From an uncultured Verrucomicrobia subdivision 3 bacterium (GTDB taxonomy: Bacteria > Verrucomicrobiota > Verrucomicrobiia > Limisphaerales > UBA11358): a DNA stretch of 45,161 nucleotides. Location of the stretch: contig CAIJNQ010000070.1 in the NCBI GenBank assembly GCA_903822015.1, positions 1 to 45,161 of the forward strand. Reading direction: 5' to 3'. The notes below the pieces were generated by a model that ran no database searches, had not been told where the DNA came from, and was given only the letters and a program-made list of their open reading frames with translations. The position numbers and the translations under genes were made by a program. Positions 1-9,255 of this stretch are shown here, piece after piece; within the stretch, counting starts at the first letter, position 1, and each line of letters starts with the position of its first letter.

Positions 1-193
1 AGGTGATGTTGCCGTGGGAATCCTGAAATTCATACGAGGGCAGGCCGATGCCGAAGGAAAGCCTTTCCTGCATCACCAGCACCCGGCCTTCGAGCCGCGG
101 TTTGAGCACGAATAAAACCGGCGTTTGCACGGTCGTTTCATAGGCAAGGTTGCAGCCAACGCGCACCGTGATATTGAGCGGAGTCCAGTTCAT
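1..193 (-). CDS. transglutaminase-like family protein; first 64 codons only, because the rest of the gene runs off the left edge
   Basis: A reverse-strand ATG at 193..191 opens MNWTPLNITVRVGCNLAYETTVQTPVLFVLKPRLEGRVLVMQERLSFGIGLPSYEFQDSHGNIT and stays open to position 1. The layout (L.Y....pt..lf.l.P ... F.DshGN) resembles the N-terminal region of bacterial transglutaminase-like proteins. It is absent from the ORF track because the window edge truncates it. Confidence 0.5.
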   Translation of the reverse strand, partial: MNWTPLNITVRVGCNLAYETTVQTPVLFVLKPRLEGRVLVMQERLSFGIGLPSYEFQDSHGNIT

Positions 194-414
194 ATTTTGC
201 TGTATGGATTTGAAGCGCGGCCAGCAGCATTAAAGCCCGACTTCTCCCGCGTCCAAATTAAGTCGGAAAACGAAAATTACATATGGGGTGAAACCCTACC
301 ATGGTCAGGGACATGAAGCGGCCGATAAGCTTGTCGGCAGGCTCTGGTTGGTGCGCAAACACCCGCCGCCCATAGTTGCTCGACTCCCCCTGCCCGACCT
401 CCTATCTTCAAACC

Positions 415-1485
415 ATGCGCGCGCAATCGTTGGAATTCCTCAAAACGCTGGTCAACACCCCCAGCCCTGTTGGTCACGAAACCCGCGGCCAGCGGGTCTG
501 GCTCGACTACGTCGGAAAATATGCCGACGAAACGTTTTCCGATGCCTACGGCAATTGCGTCGCCGTGCTGAACAAGGGCGGTTCACCGCGGCTCATGCTC
601 GCCGGTCACGCCGACGAGATCGCCATGGCGGTGAATTACATCGACGACAACGGTTTCATTTACGTTCGCCGGATGGGTGGGGTGGACGCCGCCATCACCA
701 GGGCGCAACGCATCGTTATTCATACCCGCAACGGCCCGGTCAAGGGCGTCGTCGGCAATGTCGCGCCCCATTTGACAAAGGAGGCGGCCAATCCCAAGCC
801 GCCGAAAATCCATGAGCTGTTCATCGACATCGGCGCGGGGGATCGCAAGGAGGCCGAAAAACTCGTGCGCGTCGGCGATCCGATCACCCTCGCGGATGAA
901 TTTGATTTTCTCCGGAGCGATCTGGTGGTGGCCCGCGCGTTTGATAATCGCATCGGCACCTTTGCCGTGGCCGAAGCCCTGCGATTGCTCCATGAATCAA
1001 AGGGCCGGCTGCACGCGGAAATATGTGCGGTATCCAATGTCCAGGAGGAGGTTGGCTTGCTCGGCGCGCGGCAGATCGCCTACTCGCTCAAGCCCGATCT
1101 TGCGCTGGTGGTGGATGTGACGCACGCGACCGATTACCCCACCGTCAGCAAACGGGAGCACGGCGATGTGAGGATGGGCGCCGGCCTGGTCCTCACCCAC
1201 GGCGGCTGCAATCACCCGGAGGTGGTGGCGCGCCTCGAAAGCGTGGCCAGGTCGGAAAAACTTGCTCTCCAGCACAAGGCGATGTCTGCCACGACCGGCA
1301 CGGACACCGATGTGATTTTCTGGACGCGCGGCGGCATCGCCAGCGCCCTGGTGAGCCTCCCGAACCGTTACATGCATTCGCCGGTGGAAGTGGTGAGCCT
1401 GAAAGATCTGGAGGCCATCCCCCGGCTGCTCGCCGGCTTCGCGGCATCACTCAAAAAAAACGAATCATTCAAGGTCAAAATCTGA
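415..1485 (+). CDS. M42 family metallopeptidase (glutamyl aminopeptidase / FrvX-like)
   Basis: Track ORF 376..1485. The preferred start is ATG 415 (MRAQSLEFLKTLVNTPSPVGHE), a typical M42 N-terminus. M42-like metal-ligand regions: MLAGHADEIAM, AFDNRIG, QEEVGLLGA, DVTHATDYP. Confidence 0.85.
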   Translation: MRAQSLEFLKTLVNTPSPVGHETRGQRVWLDYVGKYADETFSDAYGNCVAVLNKGGSPRLMLAGHADEIAMAVNYIDDNGFIYVRRMGGVDAAITRAQRIVIHTRNGPVKGVVGNVAPHLTKEAANPKPPKIHELFIDIGAGDRKEAEKLVRVGDPITLADEFDFLRSDLVVARAFDNRIGTFAVAEALRLLHESKGRLHAEICAVSNVQEEVGLLGARQIAYSLKPDLALVVDVTHATDYPTVSKREHGDVRMGAGLVLTHGGCNHPEVVARLESVARSEKLALQHKAMSATTGTDTDVIFWTRGGIASALVSLPNRYMHSPVEVVSLKDLEAIPRLLAGFAASLKKNESFKVKI

Positions 1486-1496
1486 TCGTCCTCACC

Positions 1497-3290
1497 ATGG
1501 GACATGAAAAAATAAATCCGGGTTTGAATCTGCTTCCCTGCCCGCGTTCACTGAAGCGGCTTCGGGGCACGTTCATCCTGCCGAAACAGAAACCGCTGTC
1601 CGCGATCAAAGTCATCCGCACTCTGTCCGCGCCGGAACATCCGGAAGGTTATGCGCTGACAATTTCCAAAAGCGAAATCCGGATCAGTTTTCGTGAAACC
1701 GGTGGCTTGCGCGCGGCGGCGGCGACGCTGCGGCAAATCCTGCGCCAATGCGGTCGCCGCCTGCCCTGTCTCCGAATCCGCGACTGGCCGGATTTTGCCC
1801 GGCGCGGGGTGATGCTCGACGTCTCGCGCGGTCGCGTGCCGAAGCTGGCCACGCTGCTTGATCTTGCCGAAAAGCTGTCCGATTTCAAAATCAACGAGCT
1901 CCAGCTTTACACCGAACACACATTCGCCTATCAGCCCTACCAATCCATCTGGCAAAGCTGGGGCGCGCTCACGGCCCGGGAAATCCGGCTGCTCGATGCG
2001 CGCTGCCGTAAACTCGGCATCGACCTGGTGCCGAACCAGAATTCCTTTGGCCACCTGCGCTATTTTCTCGAAGATCCGCGCCTGAATAAACTGGGCGAAC
2101 TGGCTGAGCCTTATGAGGCCGAGACCCGGGATTTTCTTCGCCGCCCCACCACGCTGGCCCCGAATCATCCGGGCACCCTGCCGTTTTTACGCGGCCTGTA
2201 CGATGAGCTGCTGCCGAACTTTTCCAGCCGGTTCTTCAACATCGGCGGCGATGAAACGTGGGACCTGGGCAAAGGCCGGAGCCGGAATTTGTGCGCGGCC
2301 AGGGGTAAAGGCCGTGTCTATTTCGATTTTCTCAAAAAAATCCACCGCGAGGTTTCCCGGCGCGATCGGCAGATGATGTTCTGGGGCGACATCATCTTGA
2401 AATATCCGAAGCTCATCCGCGAGCTGCCACAAGGTGTCGTCGCTCTGAACTGGGGTTACGAAGCCGGTCATCCCTTCGCAAAGGAAGCCGCCCGGTTTGC
2501 GAAGGCAAAAATTCCCTTTTACGTCTGTCCTGGCACCTCGACGTGGCAAACCCTGCTGGGCCGGCACGACAATGGCCTGGCCAACCTGCGCGCCGCCGCC
2601 AAAGCCGGAAAAAAATATGGCGCGATGGGTTTTCTCAATACCGATTGGGGCGATGGCGGCCATCCGCAGCCGCTGGCCGTAAGTTGGCCGATGTTCGCCG
2701 CCGGCGCGGCACTGGCCTGGAATTCCAGAACTTTGACGGATCGGACTCTGCTCGCCGTTTTGAATCGCGATGTCTTTGAAGATCCGACAGGCCGGATTGC
2801 GGCGGCGGGTTTCCGGCTCGGTTTTGCGCACCGGAAACTCGGCGTTAAAGCGATGAACGAAACACCCCTCGGCACGGTCATCGCCGCGCCCCGGCCGGAA
2901 GACCGTGAGCTGTTTTGCCGGCATGGATTGAAATGGTTCGCCCGGATTCCCGCAAAGCGGATTATTGCCGCACTGAAAGAAATCCAAAAGCAGCGGTCGG
3001 TTCTGACACGCGCCCGGCCGGTCTCCGAATCGGGAAAAATTCTGGCCGCGGAATTGGATCTGGCCGCGCGGATGGCGGAACAATCTTGCAAATACATGCT
3101 CTGGCAGCAGGCTGCTGCCGCCGGCATACCATCAAAGGCCAGGGCGCTGGCGCAAACCGGCGTTCGGGAACTGCGGAAGCTGGATAAGGATTTCAATGCC
3201 TGCTGGCCGCTGCGGAGCAAGGCGACGCCGAAACATTGTTCGCCCTTCCTGCAGTGGCGGATTGAGGATTACTTGCGGCCGGCGAATTAA
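1497..3290 (+). CDS. GH20 family beta-N-acetylhexosaminidase-like glycoside hydrolase
   Basis: Track ORF 1023..3290, but its first 158 codons overlap the M42 gene in another frame and are Arg/Gly/Pro-rich noise. In-frame ATG 1497 (MGHEKINPG) lies 11 nt after the M42 stop. GH20 hallmarks: IRDWPDFARRGVMLDVSRGRVP, INELQLYTEHTFAY, NSFGH, FFNIGGDETW (catalytic D-E pair). No obvious signal peptide. Confidence 0.8.
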   Translation: MGHEKINPGLNLLPCPRSLKRLRGTFILPKQKPLSAIKVIRTLSAPEHPEGYALTISKSEIRISFRETGGLRAAAATLRQILRQCGRRLPCLRIRDWPDFARRGVMLDVSRGRVPKLATLLDLAEKLSDFKINELQLYTEHTFAYQPYQSIWQSWGALTAREIRLLDARCRKLGIDLVPNQNSFGHLRYFLEDPRLNKLGELAEPYEAETRDFLRRPTTLAPNHPGTLPFLRGLYDELLPNFSSRFFNIGGDETWDLGKGRSRNLCAARGKGRVYFDFLKKIHREVSRRDRQMMFWGDIILKYPKLIRELPQGVVALNWGYEAGHPFAKEAARFAKAKIPFYVCPGTSTWQTLLGRHDNGLANLRAAAKAGKKYGAMGFLNTDWGDGGHPQPLAVSWPMFAAGAALAWNSRTLTDRTLLAVLNRDVFEDPTGRIAAAGFRLGFAHRKLGVKAMNETPLGTVIAAPRPEDRELFCRHGLKWFARIPAKRIIAALKEIQKQRSVLTRARPVSESGKILAAELDLAARMAEQSCKYMLWQQAAAAGIPSKARALAQTGVRELRKLDKDFNACWPLRSKATPKHCSPFLQWRIEDYLRPAN

Positions 3291-4238
3291 TTATCTGCCT
3301 TTCACATCCCAGGCATCGCGCAAGCCGTCGCCGAGAAAGTTGAGCGCGAGCAGGGTCGACACTAGAATGCCGCCGGGAAAAATGATCAACCACCAATATA
3401 CGCGGATGGGATTAATCTGGGCCACCCCTTCCGAAATCAACGTTCCCCAGCTTGCCATGGGCGGTTCCACGCCCAGTCCCAGAAAGCTCAAAAATGATTC
3501 ATAAAGGATGATGGCGGGCATCGTGAGCGCCAGGTAGGTGATGACCACGCCGAAGATGTTCGGGATAATGTGGCGGACCAGAATCATCGGGGTGCCCGCG
3601 CCCAGGGTCCGGCTGGCCTCGACGAAGGCGCGCGTGCGGAGCGACAGGACCTGGCCGCGCACAATGCGCGCCATGGTAAGCCAGGAAACCGAGCCGAGGC
3701 CGGCGAAAAGCAGCAGTACCCGGATTTGTCGACCGAGTGCGGGGGATTGCTCCACGAGCGGCAAATGTTTCATCAGCTCACCGAGGGTCGTGATCAGGAC
3801 GATCACAAAAATTATCGAAGGTAGGGAATAAAGCACATCCACCACGCGCATCAAAAAACCATCCGTGCGGCCGCCCACGTAGCCAGCCACCGCCCCCCAG
3901 ACCACGCCAATCAGTAGGCTGACCAGGGTTCCGACCACGCCGACCAGCAGTGAAATCTGCGCGCCCGACAGCACACGGGAAAAAACATCGCGCCCGTGCA
4001 CGTCTGTGCCGAACCAGTGTTGGGCCCCCGGCGGCAAAAATTGGCCGTCCGAAAGCTGGTTCGGGTTGTGAATCTGCGCGAAGCCACCCCCCGCCGCTTT
4101 GAGCAACAACGGCCAGGCAATGATGGCGAGCAATAGCCCCGCCAGAAAATAAGCGCTGATCACGGCGGGGCGATTCTGCCGGAACCGCCGCCAGGCGCGC
4201 CGGTTTGGCGAAAAATGGTTTAATGCCGGTTCACTCAT
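3291..4238 (-). CDS. peptide/nickel ABC transporter permease (OppC/DppC-like)
   Basis: 315 aa multi-pass membrane protein with the binding-protein-dependent permease EAA-type loop FVEASRTLGAGTPMILVRHIIPN. It overlaps the upstream permease gene by 8 nt. Confidence 0.85.
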   Translation of the reverse strand: MSEPALNHFSPNRRAWRRFRQNRPAVISAYFLAGLLLAIIAWPLLLKAAGGGFAQIHNPNQLSDGQFLPPGAQHWFGTDVHGRDVFSRVLSGAQISLLVGVVGTLVSLLIGVVWGAVAGYVGGRTDGFLMRVVDVLYSLPSIIFVIVLITTLGELMKHLPLVEQSPALGRQIRVLLLFAGLGSVSWLTMARIVRGQVLSLRTRAFVEASRTLGAGTPMILVRHIIPNIFGVVITYLALTMPAIILYESFLSFLGLGVEPPMASWGTLISEGVAQINPIRVYWWLIIFPGGILVSTLLALNFLGDGLRDAWDVKGR

Positions 4239-5145
4239 ATTTCACCCGCGGATCGAGCCAGCGGTAGGCGAAATCCACGGCCAGGTTGAGGCCGACCAGC
4301 AGAACCGCGTATAGCAGCGACAAGCCGACGACGACTGTGTAGTCACGGTTCAGCGAACTATTGACGAGGAAGACGCCGATGCCGGGAATCTGAAAAATAT
4401 TTTCGATGATAAACGAACCCGTCAGCAAATCGGCGAGCATCGGGCCGGAATACGAAGCGACCGGCAGCACGGCGATGCGAAAGGCGTGCCTCCAGAGCAG
4501 CCCGTTTTCGCCGAGTCCCTTGGCGCGGGCGGCGGTGATGAATTCCGCTTGCATCGCCTGCAACATGCCTTCGCGGGTCAGCCGCGCAACTTTCCCGCCA
4601 AAATACAATCCCAGCGCCAGCACGGGCAGAATCATGTGCCAGGGCGAACCCCACAAGGCGACCGGCAGCCATTTTAATTTCACCGCAAAGATCAGGATCA
4701 ACAGCGGTGCGAGCACAAAACCCGGCACACATACGGCCAGCACCGACAGAAAACTTCCGACGTAATCCTCCCAGCCACCGCGCCGGGCGGCCGTAAAAAA
4801 GCCGGTGGTTAAGCCGATACCCATCGCAAAACAAAAAGCTAGGCCGCCCAGCGTCAGGGATACCGGCAAACCCTGGGCGATGATGTCGTTGACCGTGTGG
4901 TTGCGGTATTTGAGCGAAACCCCGAAGTCGCCGTGCGCGAGATCTCCGAGGTAACGCCCGTATTGCTTCCAGATCGGCTCATCCAGATGATATTTCGCGT
5001 TGAGATTGCGCTCAATCTCCGGCGACGCCGGCGCACGTTCCCGGTCAAACGGCCCGCCGGGGGCGAGATGCACAAGGACGAACGCCAGCGCACTGATGAC
5101 CAGCAGCAGCGGGATTGCGAGGGCAATGCGTTTGACAAAATACAT
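4231..5145 (-). CDS. peptide/nickel ABC transporter permease (OppB/DppB-like)
   Basis: 304 aa. The N-terminus MYFVKRIALAIPLLLVISALAFVLVHLAPGGPF is typical of OppB/DppB. EAA-type loop FITAARAKGLGENGLLWRHAFR. Confidence 0.85.
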   Translation of the reverse strand: MYFVKRIALAIPLLLVISALAFVLVHLAPGGPFDRERAPASPEIERNLNAKYHLDEPIWKQYGRYLGDLAHGDFGVSLKYRNHTVNDIIAQGLPVSLTLGGLAFCFAMGIGLTTGFFTAARRGGWEDYVGSFLSVLAVCVPGFVLAPLLILIFAVKLKWLPVALWGSPWHMILPVLALGLYFGGKVARLTREGMLQAMQAEFITAARAKGLGENGLLWRHAFRIAVLPVASYSGPMLADLLTGSFIIENIFQIPGIGVFLVNSSLNRDYTVVVGLSLLYAVLLVGLNLAVDFAYRWLDPRVKYE

Positions 5146-5151
5146 GCGCGC

Positions 5152-6777
5152 CTACGGTTTGATTTTGCGGATGCACTGCAACGGATGGTCGTCGAGAATG
5201 TTTTCGAATACGCCTTCAATCCGGTTGGTGTCAAAATAATTGATGCCGACGTAATAAAAGAGCGGAATTACCGGGGACTCATCCTGGATGAGCCGCGACT
5301 CGGCCTGCCGAAAAAGCTGTGCTCGTTTCTGCAAATCCGGTTCGTTGTTGGCCGCCTTGATCAAACCATCGTAAGCCGGATCCTTCCAACCGGTCCGGTT
5401 GTTGCCGTCGCCGCTGAGGAACATGCCCAGAAACGTCTGCGGATCATTGTAGTCGCCGATCCAGCTTGATCGCGCCAGATCGTAATCGAGCCGGTCCATG
5501 GCCCCGAGATACACCTTCCATTCCAGCTGGCGTAATTCCATGTCGATGCCGAGTGTTTCATGCCACATTTGCTGCAACTCGACCGCGATGTTCTCGTGAA
5601 TCTTCATCGCGTCAAAAATGAAACTAAACCGCGGAAACCCCTTCCCGTCGGGGTAGCCGGCTTCGGCCAGCAACCGCCTGGCCAGCTCCGGATTGTAATC
5701 CAAGCCGTCGGGCGAAAGATAATTGGCCGTGCCGTCGGGGACCAGATGGGCCGCGGTCTGTTCGCCGGCCTTGGTGATTTTTTTCACTATCCGTTCCTTG
5801 TCAATTGCCAGCGCCAAAGCCCGGCGGACGCGCGGATCGTCAAACGGTTTGTGCGTCACGTTGCAGCGGATGAAATAGGTGGCGAGAAAATTGAATGCGT
5901 GAAAATCGGGGCGCTTCAACAGGACATCGAGCAGCTCGACCGGAATGACATTCTTGTCCCAGACGATGTCGGCCTGGCCGCTCTGATAAAGATTCAATGC
6001 CGTCGCCGGCGAGCCGATCGGCAATAGGTCGATGATTTCGGATTGGGTTTTCGCCGCATCCCAGTAGCGGGGATTTTTTTTCAGACGGACCTTGTCGTTG
6101 AGCCGCCAATCGGCCAGTTCATAGGGGCCACTGCTGGGCAGCGGCCTGGCCATCAGCCAGCGGTCGCCGTATTTTTCGATGGCCTGGCGCGGCACGACGT
6201 AGAGCGTCGGGAACGCGCACAGATCAAGAAAGAACGCCGTGGGATGATTCAGTTCGGCGCGCACGGTGAATTGATCCAGCGCGTGCACGCCTACCCCTGC
6301 CGGATCCTTGAGCTTGCCGCTGTTGAATTCCTCGGCGTTACGCAGGTAAAACAGTTGCCCGGCATAATCCGAGGCGGTGGCCGGGTTGAGTGCCCGCACC
6401 CAGGAATAAACCACATCATCGGCCGTGATCGGTTCGCCCGTCGACCAGACGAGATTGGTTCGCAGGTGAAACGTGTAAATCAATCCGTCGGCGGAAACCT
6501 CCCAGTTTTCCGCCAGACCGGGAATCGGCCGCGCCGATTTTGGATCCAGCCGGGTTAATCCTTCAAACAGGCCGATGACAATGCGGAATTCCGGCTGGCC
6601 GGTGATGATCGCCGGGTCGAGTGATTCCGGCTCGGAACCGTTGATAATGGTGATATCCGCCGGTTTTTCGTGAGGCGCGCAACCGGCCAGCCAGGCGCAC
6701 ATGGCCGTTCCGCCGCCGGCTAAAATGAAAAAACGCGCCCGCGAAAAAAATCGCCGGGCGCGTTCGTAAAGGATCAT
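5152..6777 (-). CDS. ABC transporter substrate-binding lipoprotein, family 5 (peptide/nickel)
   Basis: 541 aa. The N-terminus has a basic region followed by the lipobox LAGC (MCAWLAGCAPHEKP). The length, the overall sequence character (judged by eye; no specific family-5 SBP motif was identified) and the position directly upstream of two Opp/Dpp-type permeases fit a family-5 SBP. Confidence 0.8.
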   Translation of the reverse strand: MILYERARRFFSRARFFILAGGGTAMCAWLAGCAPHEKPADITIINGSEPESLDPAIITGQPEFRIVIGLFEGLTRLDPKSARPIPGLAENWEVSADGLIYTFHLRTNLVWSTGEPITADDVVYSWVRALNPATASDYAGQLFYLRNAEEFNSGKLKDPAGVGVHALDQFTVRAELNHPTAFFLDLCAFPTLYVVPRQAIEKYGDRWLMARPLPSSGPYELADWRLNDKVRLKKNPRYWDAAKTQSEIIDLLPIGSPATALNLYQSGQADIVWDKNVIPVELLDVLLKRPDFHAFNFLATYFIRCNVTHKPFDDPRVRRALALAIDKERIVKKITKAGEQTAAHLVPDGTANYLSPDGLDYNPELARRLLAEAGYPDGKGFPRFSFIFDAMKIHENIAVELQQMWHETLGIDMELRQLEWKVYLGAMDRLDYDLARSSWIGDYNDPQTFLGMFLSGDGNNRTGWKDPAYDGLIKAANNEPDLQKRAQLFRQAESRLIQDESPVIPLFYYVGINYFDTNRIEGVFENILDDHPLQCIRKIKP

Positions 6778-6781
6778 CGCA

Positions 6782-7198
6782 TTATTTCGCCGGAACGCTG
6801 GCTGCCGGCGTATTTGTATCCGTCGTCAAAGGGACCGAAAGCAGGTTGTTTTTGGGCGCTGCCGCCGTTGGCTGGGCCGCGGATGGCGGAGTTGCCGCCG
6901 GCGTTTGCGTCTGGATTTGCTGCAACTCTTTTTCAAACGCAGCCGTGTTTCCCAGATGCGCGCGATCCTGCATGATGCCGATCAGCAGGGCCAGCACGAA
7001 GAAAAGAATGGCCGAATATTTGGTGATCTTGGTCAGGGCGTTGCCTGAACCGGCGCCAAAAAGCGCGTCGGCTGCCCCGCCGCCGAACGCGAGTCCGGCG
7101 CCCGCATCTTTTTTCGGCAGTTGAATCAGCACCAGCAAAACCAGCACCGCACAATTGATGACCAGCAAGAACGTCAGGATTCCAATCAAGAAACTCAT
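6782..7198 (-). CDS. secG: preprotein translocase subunit SecG
   Basis: MSFLIGILTFLLVINCAVLVLLVLIQLPKKDAGAGLAFGGGAADALFGAGSG is the canonical SecG TM1 plus Gly-rich loop, followed by TM2. Conserved position immediately downstream of tpiA. It carries an Ala/Pro/Thr-rich C-terminal tail. Confidence 0.85.
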   Translation of the reverse strand: MSFLIGILTFLLVINCAVLVLLVLIQLPKKDAGAGLAFGGGAADALFGAGSGNALTKITKYSAILFFVLALLIGIMQDRAHLGNTAAFEKELQQIQTQTPAATPPSAAQPTAAAPKNNLLSVPLTTDTNTPAASVPAK

Positions 7199-7207
7199 GG
7201 CAATAGA

Positions 7208-7975
7208 TTATATCGAATTTTTAATGATGTCAGCAAAACTTCTCGCTTCCAGCGAAGCCCCGCCCACCAGGGCGCCATCCACATCCGGCTGGCTCATCAG
7301 TTCCTTGGCGTTGTTCGGCTTTACGCTGCCGCCGTACTGAATCCGAACCTTCCGGGCCACGGCCTCGTCAAAAATCTTCACCAGGAGCGAGCGGATGAAT
7401 GCGTGCGCATCCTGCGCCTGTTGCGTGGTTGCCGTCTTGCCGGTGCCGATGGCCCAGACGGGCTCGTAGGCGATGACGGTTTCCAGCATTTGCTCGCCGG
7501 TCAAGCCGGCGAGACTTCCGCGCACCTGCGTTTCCAGTACTTTTTCCGTAAGGTTCCCCTCGCGCTCGGCCAGGGTTTCGCCCACACAGACGATCGGCTT
7601 TAAGGATGCCGCGTGCGCTGCCAGGGCCTTCTTGGCGATGAGCGCGTCCGATTCCTTTTGGAATTGGCGGCGTTCGCTGTGGCCGAGAATGACGTAGCGC
7701 ACGGAAAATTCCTTCAACATGCCCGCGCAAATTTCGCCGGTGAAGGCGCCAAAATTGTTCTCGCTCATGTTCTGCGCGCCGAGCTTGATGTTTTTGGTTT
7801 CCAGAATCGCCTTGGACACGGATTCCAGCGCGGTGAACGGCGGACAAACAACGATGTCCACTTCCTTCACGGCGACGAGATCGCGCGTGAGGTCGTCCAC
7901 CAAGGCCAGCGCCTCAGCAACGGTTTTATTCATCTTCCAGTTGCCCGCTATGATTAATTTACGTTCTTTGTTCAT
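7208..7975 (-). CDS. tpiA: triosephosphate isomerase
   Basis: 255 aa. IIAGNWKMN, ILGHSERR (catalytic His), AYEPVWAIGTG (catalytic Glu), QYGGSV. Confidence 0.95.
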   Translation of the reverse strand: MNKERKLIIAGNWKMNKTVAEALALVDDLTRDLVAVKEVDIVVCPPFTALESVSKAILETKNIKLGAQNMSENNFGAFTGEICAGMLKEFSVRYVILGHSERRQFQKESDALIAKKALAAHAASLKPIVCVGETLAEREGNLTEKVLETQVRGSLAGLTGEQMLETVIAYEPVWAIGTGKTATTQQAQDAHAFIRSLLVKIFDEAVARKVRIQYGGSVKPNNAKELMSQPDVDGALVGGASLEARSFADIIKNSI

Positions 7976-8001
7976 TTCAAAATCCCTTTCTGCAATCGTC
8001 T

Positions 8002-9255
8002 TTATTTTTCCGACAAGGCCGCAACGCCGGGCAGTACCGCGCCCTCCAGAAACTCCAGGCTTGCGCCGCCCCCGGTGCTCATGAAAGTCACCTTGTCCCC
8101 CAAGCCGGCCTTGTTCAGCGCCTTCACGCTGTCGCCGCCGCCGATGATACTTTTTGCGCCATTCTTTTGCGTGGCGTCCACCACGGCTTGCGCCACCGCA
8201 TTCGTGCCGGCGGCAAACCGCGCGTCCTCAAACATGCCCATCGGGCCATTCCACAAAACCGTTTTGGCGCTGGAAATGATCCCGGCGTAATTCGCCGCCG
8301 TTTCCGGTCCGATGCTGAAACCTTCCGCGTCGTCTGGAATATCCCCGCTCACCGTCCGAATGTTTGTCAGATCATACACCGGCTTGCCTTTTTTGTTCAG
8401 CTTGCCCGTGTCCACCGGCGTGGCAATGATGGTGTCCGTCGGCAATTGAAAGTTCACCTTGAGCGTTTTGGCCTTGGCCTCCGCCGCGAGCGCCGTGCCT
8501 TTATGATCGGGTTCGATGAGTGATTTGCCGGTCTTCACGCCGTGCGCCAGCTTGAACGTATAGGCCATCGCGCCACCGATTAGGATGGTGTCCGCCTTTT
8601 CCAGCAGCCGGTCGATGACTTTGATTTTGTCGGAAACTTTCGCACCGCCAAGGATGACGACGAATGGCCGCGCGGGATTTTCCAGTTCGTCTCCGAGAAA
8701 TTTCAACTCGCGTTCCATCAATAAACCCGCCGCCGCTTTGCCTCCCCGCCGGGTGACGATCCGGGCCACGCCCTCGGTGGAAGCGTGCGCGCGATGCGCG
8801 GCGCCGAAAGCGTCGTTCACATAAACATCCGCGACTTTCGCCAGCTTTTCGGCAAATCCCGGGTCGTTGGCTTCCTCTTCATTGTAATACCGGACGTTTT
8901 CCAGCAGGGTCACTTCGCCGTCTTTCATGGCCGCCACGGCGCTTTCAACCTTTTCCCCGATGCAATCGTCCACGAACTTAACCGGCTTGCCGAGCAGTTC
9001 GGAAAGCTTCACGGCGACGGGCGCGAGGGACATGCTGGCTTCGCGCTTGCCTTTGGGACGGCCGAGATGGGCGGTTAAAATTAGCCGCCCCCCCTTTTCT
9101 ATCAACAGCTTCAGCGTGGGGACGGTTTCAACGATGCGCGTGCTGTCGTTGATGATCATTTTGCCGTCTTTTTCTTCCATCGGCACGTTGTAATCGACGC
9201 GCAGGAAAACGCGTTTGCCTTTTACATCCAAGTCGCGAACAGTGAGTTTAGCCAT
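8002..9255 (-). CDS. pgk: phosphoglycerate kinase
   Basis: Track ORF reaches 9339, but ATG at 9255 gives the canonical N-terminus MAKLTVRDLDVKGKRVFLRVDYNVPM. Further motifs: AHLGRPKG, LENVRYYNEEE, GGGDS, STGGGASLE. Confidence 0.95.
   Translation of the reverse strand: MAKLTVRDLDVKGKRVFLRVDYNVPMEEKDGKMIINDSTRIVETVPTLKLLIEKGGRLILTAHLGRPKGKREASMSLAPVAVKLSELLGKPVKFVDDCIGEKVESAVAAMKDGEVTLLENVRYYNEEEANDPGFAEKLAKVADVYVNDAFGAAHRAHASTEGVARIVTRRGGKAAAGLLMERELKFLGDELENPARPFVVILGGAKVSDKIKVIDRLLEKADTILIGGAMAYTFKLAHGVKTGKSLIEPDHKGTALAAEAKAKTLKVNFQLPTDTIIATPVDTGKLNKKGKPVYDLTNIRTVSGDIPDDAEGFSIGPETAANYAGIISSAKTVLWNGPMGMFEDARFAAGTNAVAQAVVDATQKNGAKSIIGGGDSVKALNKAGLGDKVTFMSTGGGASLEFLEGAVLPGVAALSEK

Noticed and set aside
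1023-1496. 5' extension of the GH20 ORF (158 codons) overlapping the M42 peptidase gene
   Set aside because: The extension is out of frame with the well-supported M42 gene and reads as Arg/Gly/Pro noise. ATG 1497, just after the M42 stop, is the sensible start.
1548-3220. Several 200-300-aa minus-strand ORFs (1548-2168, 2187-3083, 2519-3220) opposite the GH20 gene
   Set aside because: They overlap each other and the GH20 frame, which carries the GGDE catalytic motif. They look like GC-rich antisense artefacts.
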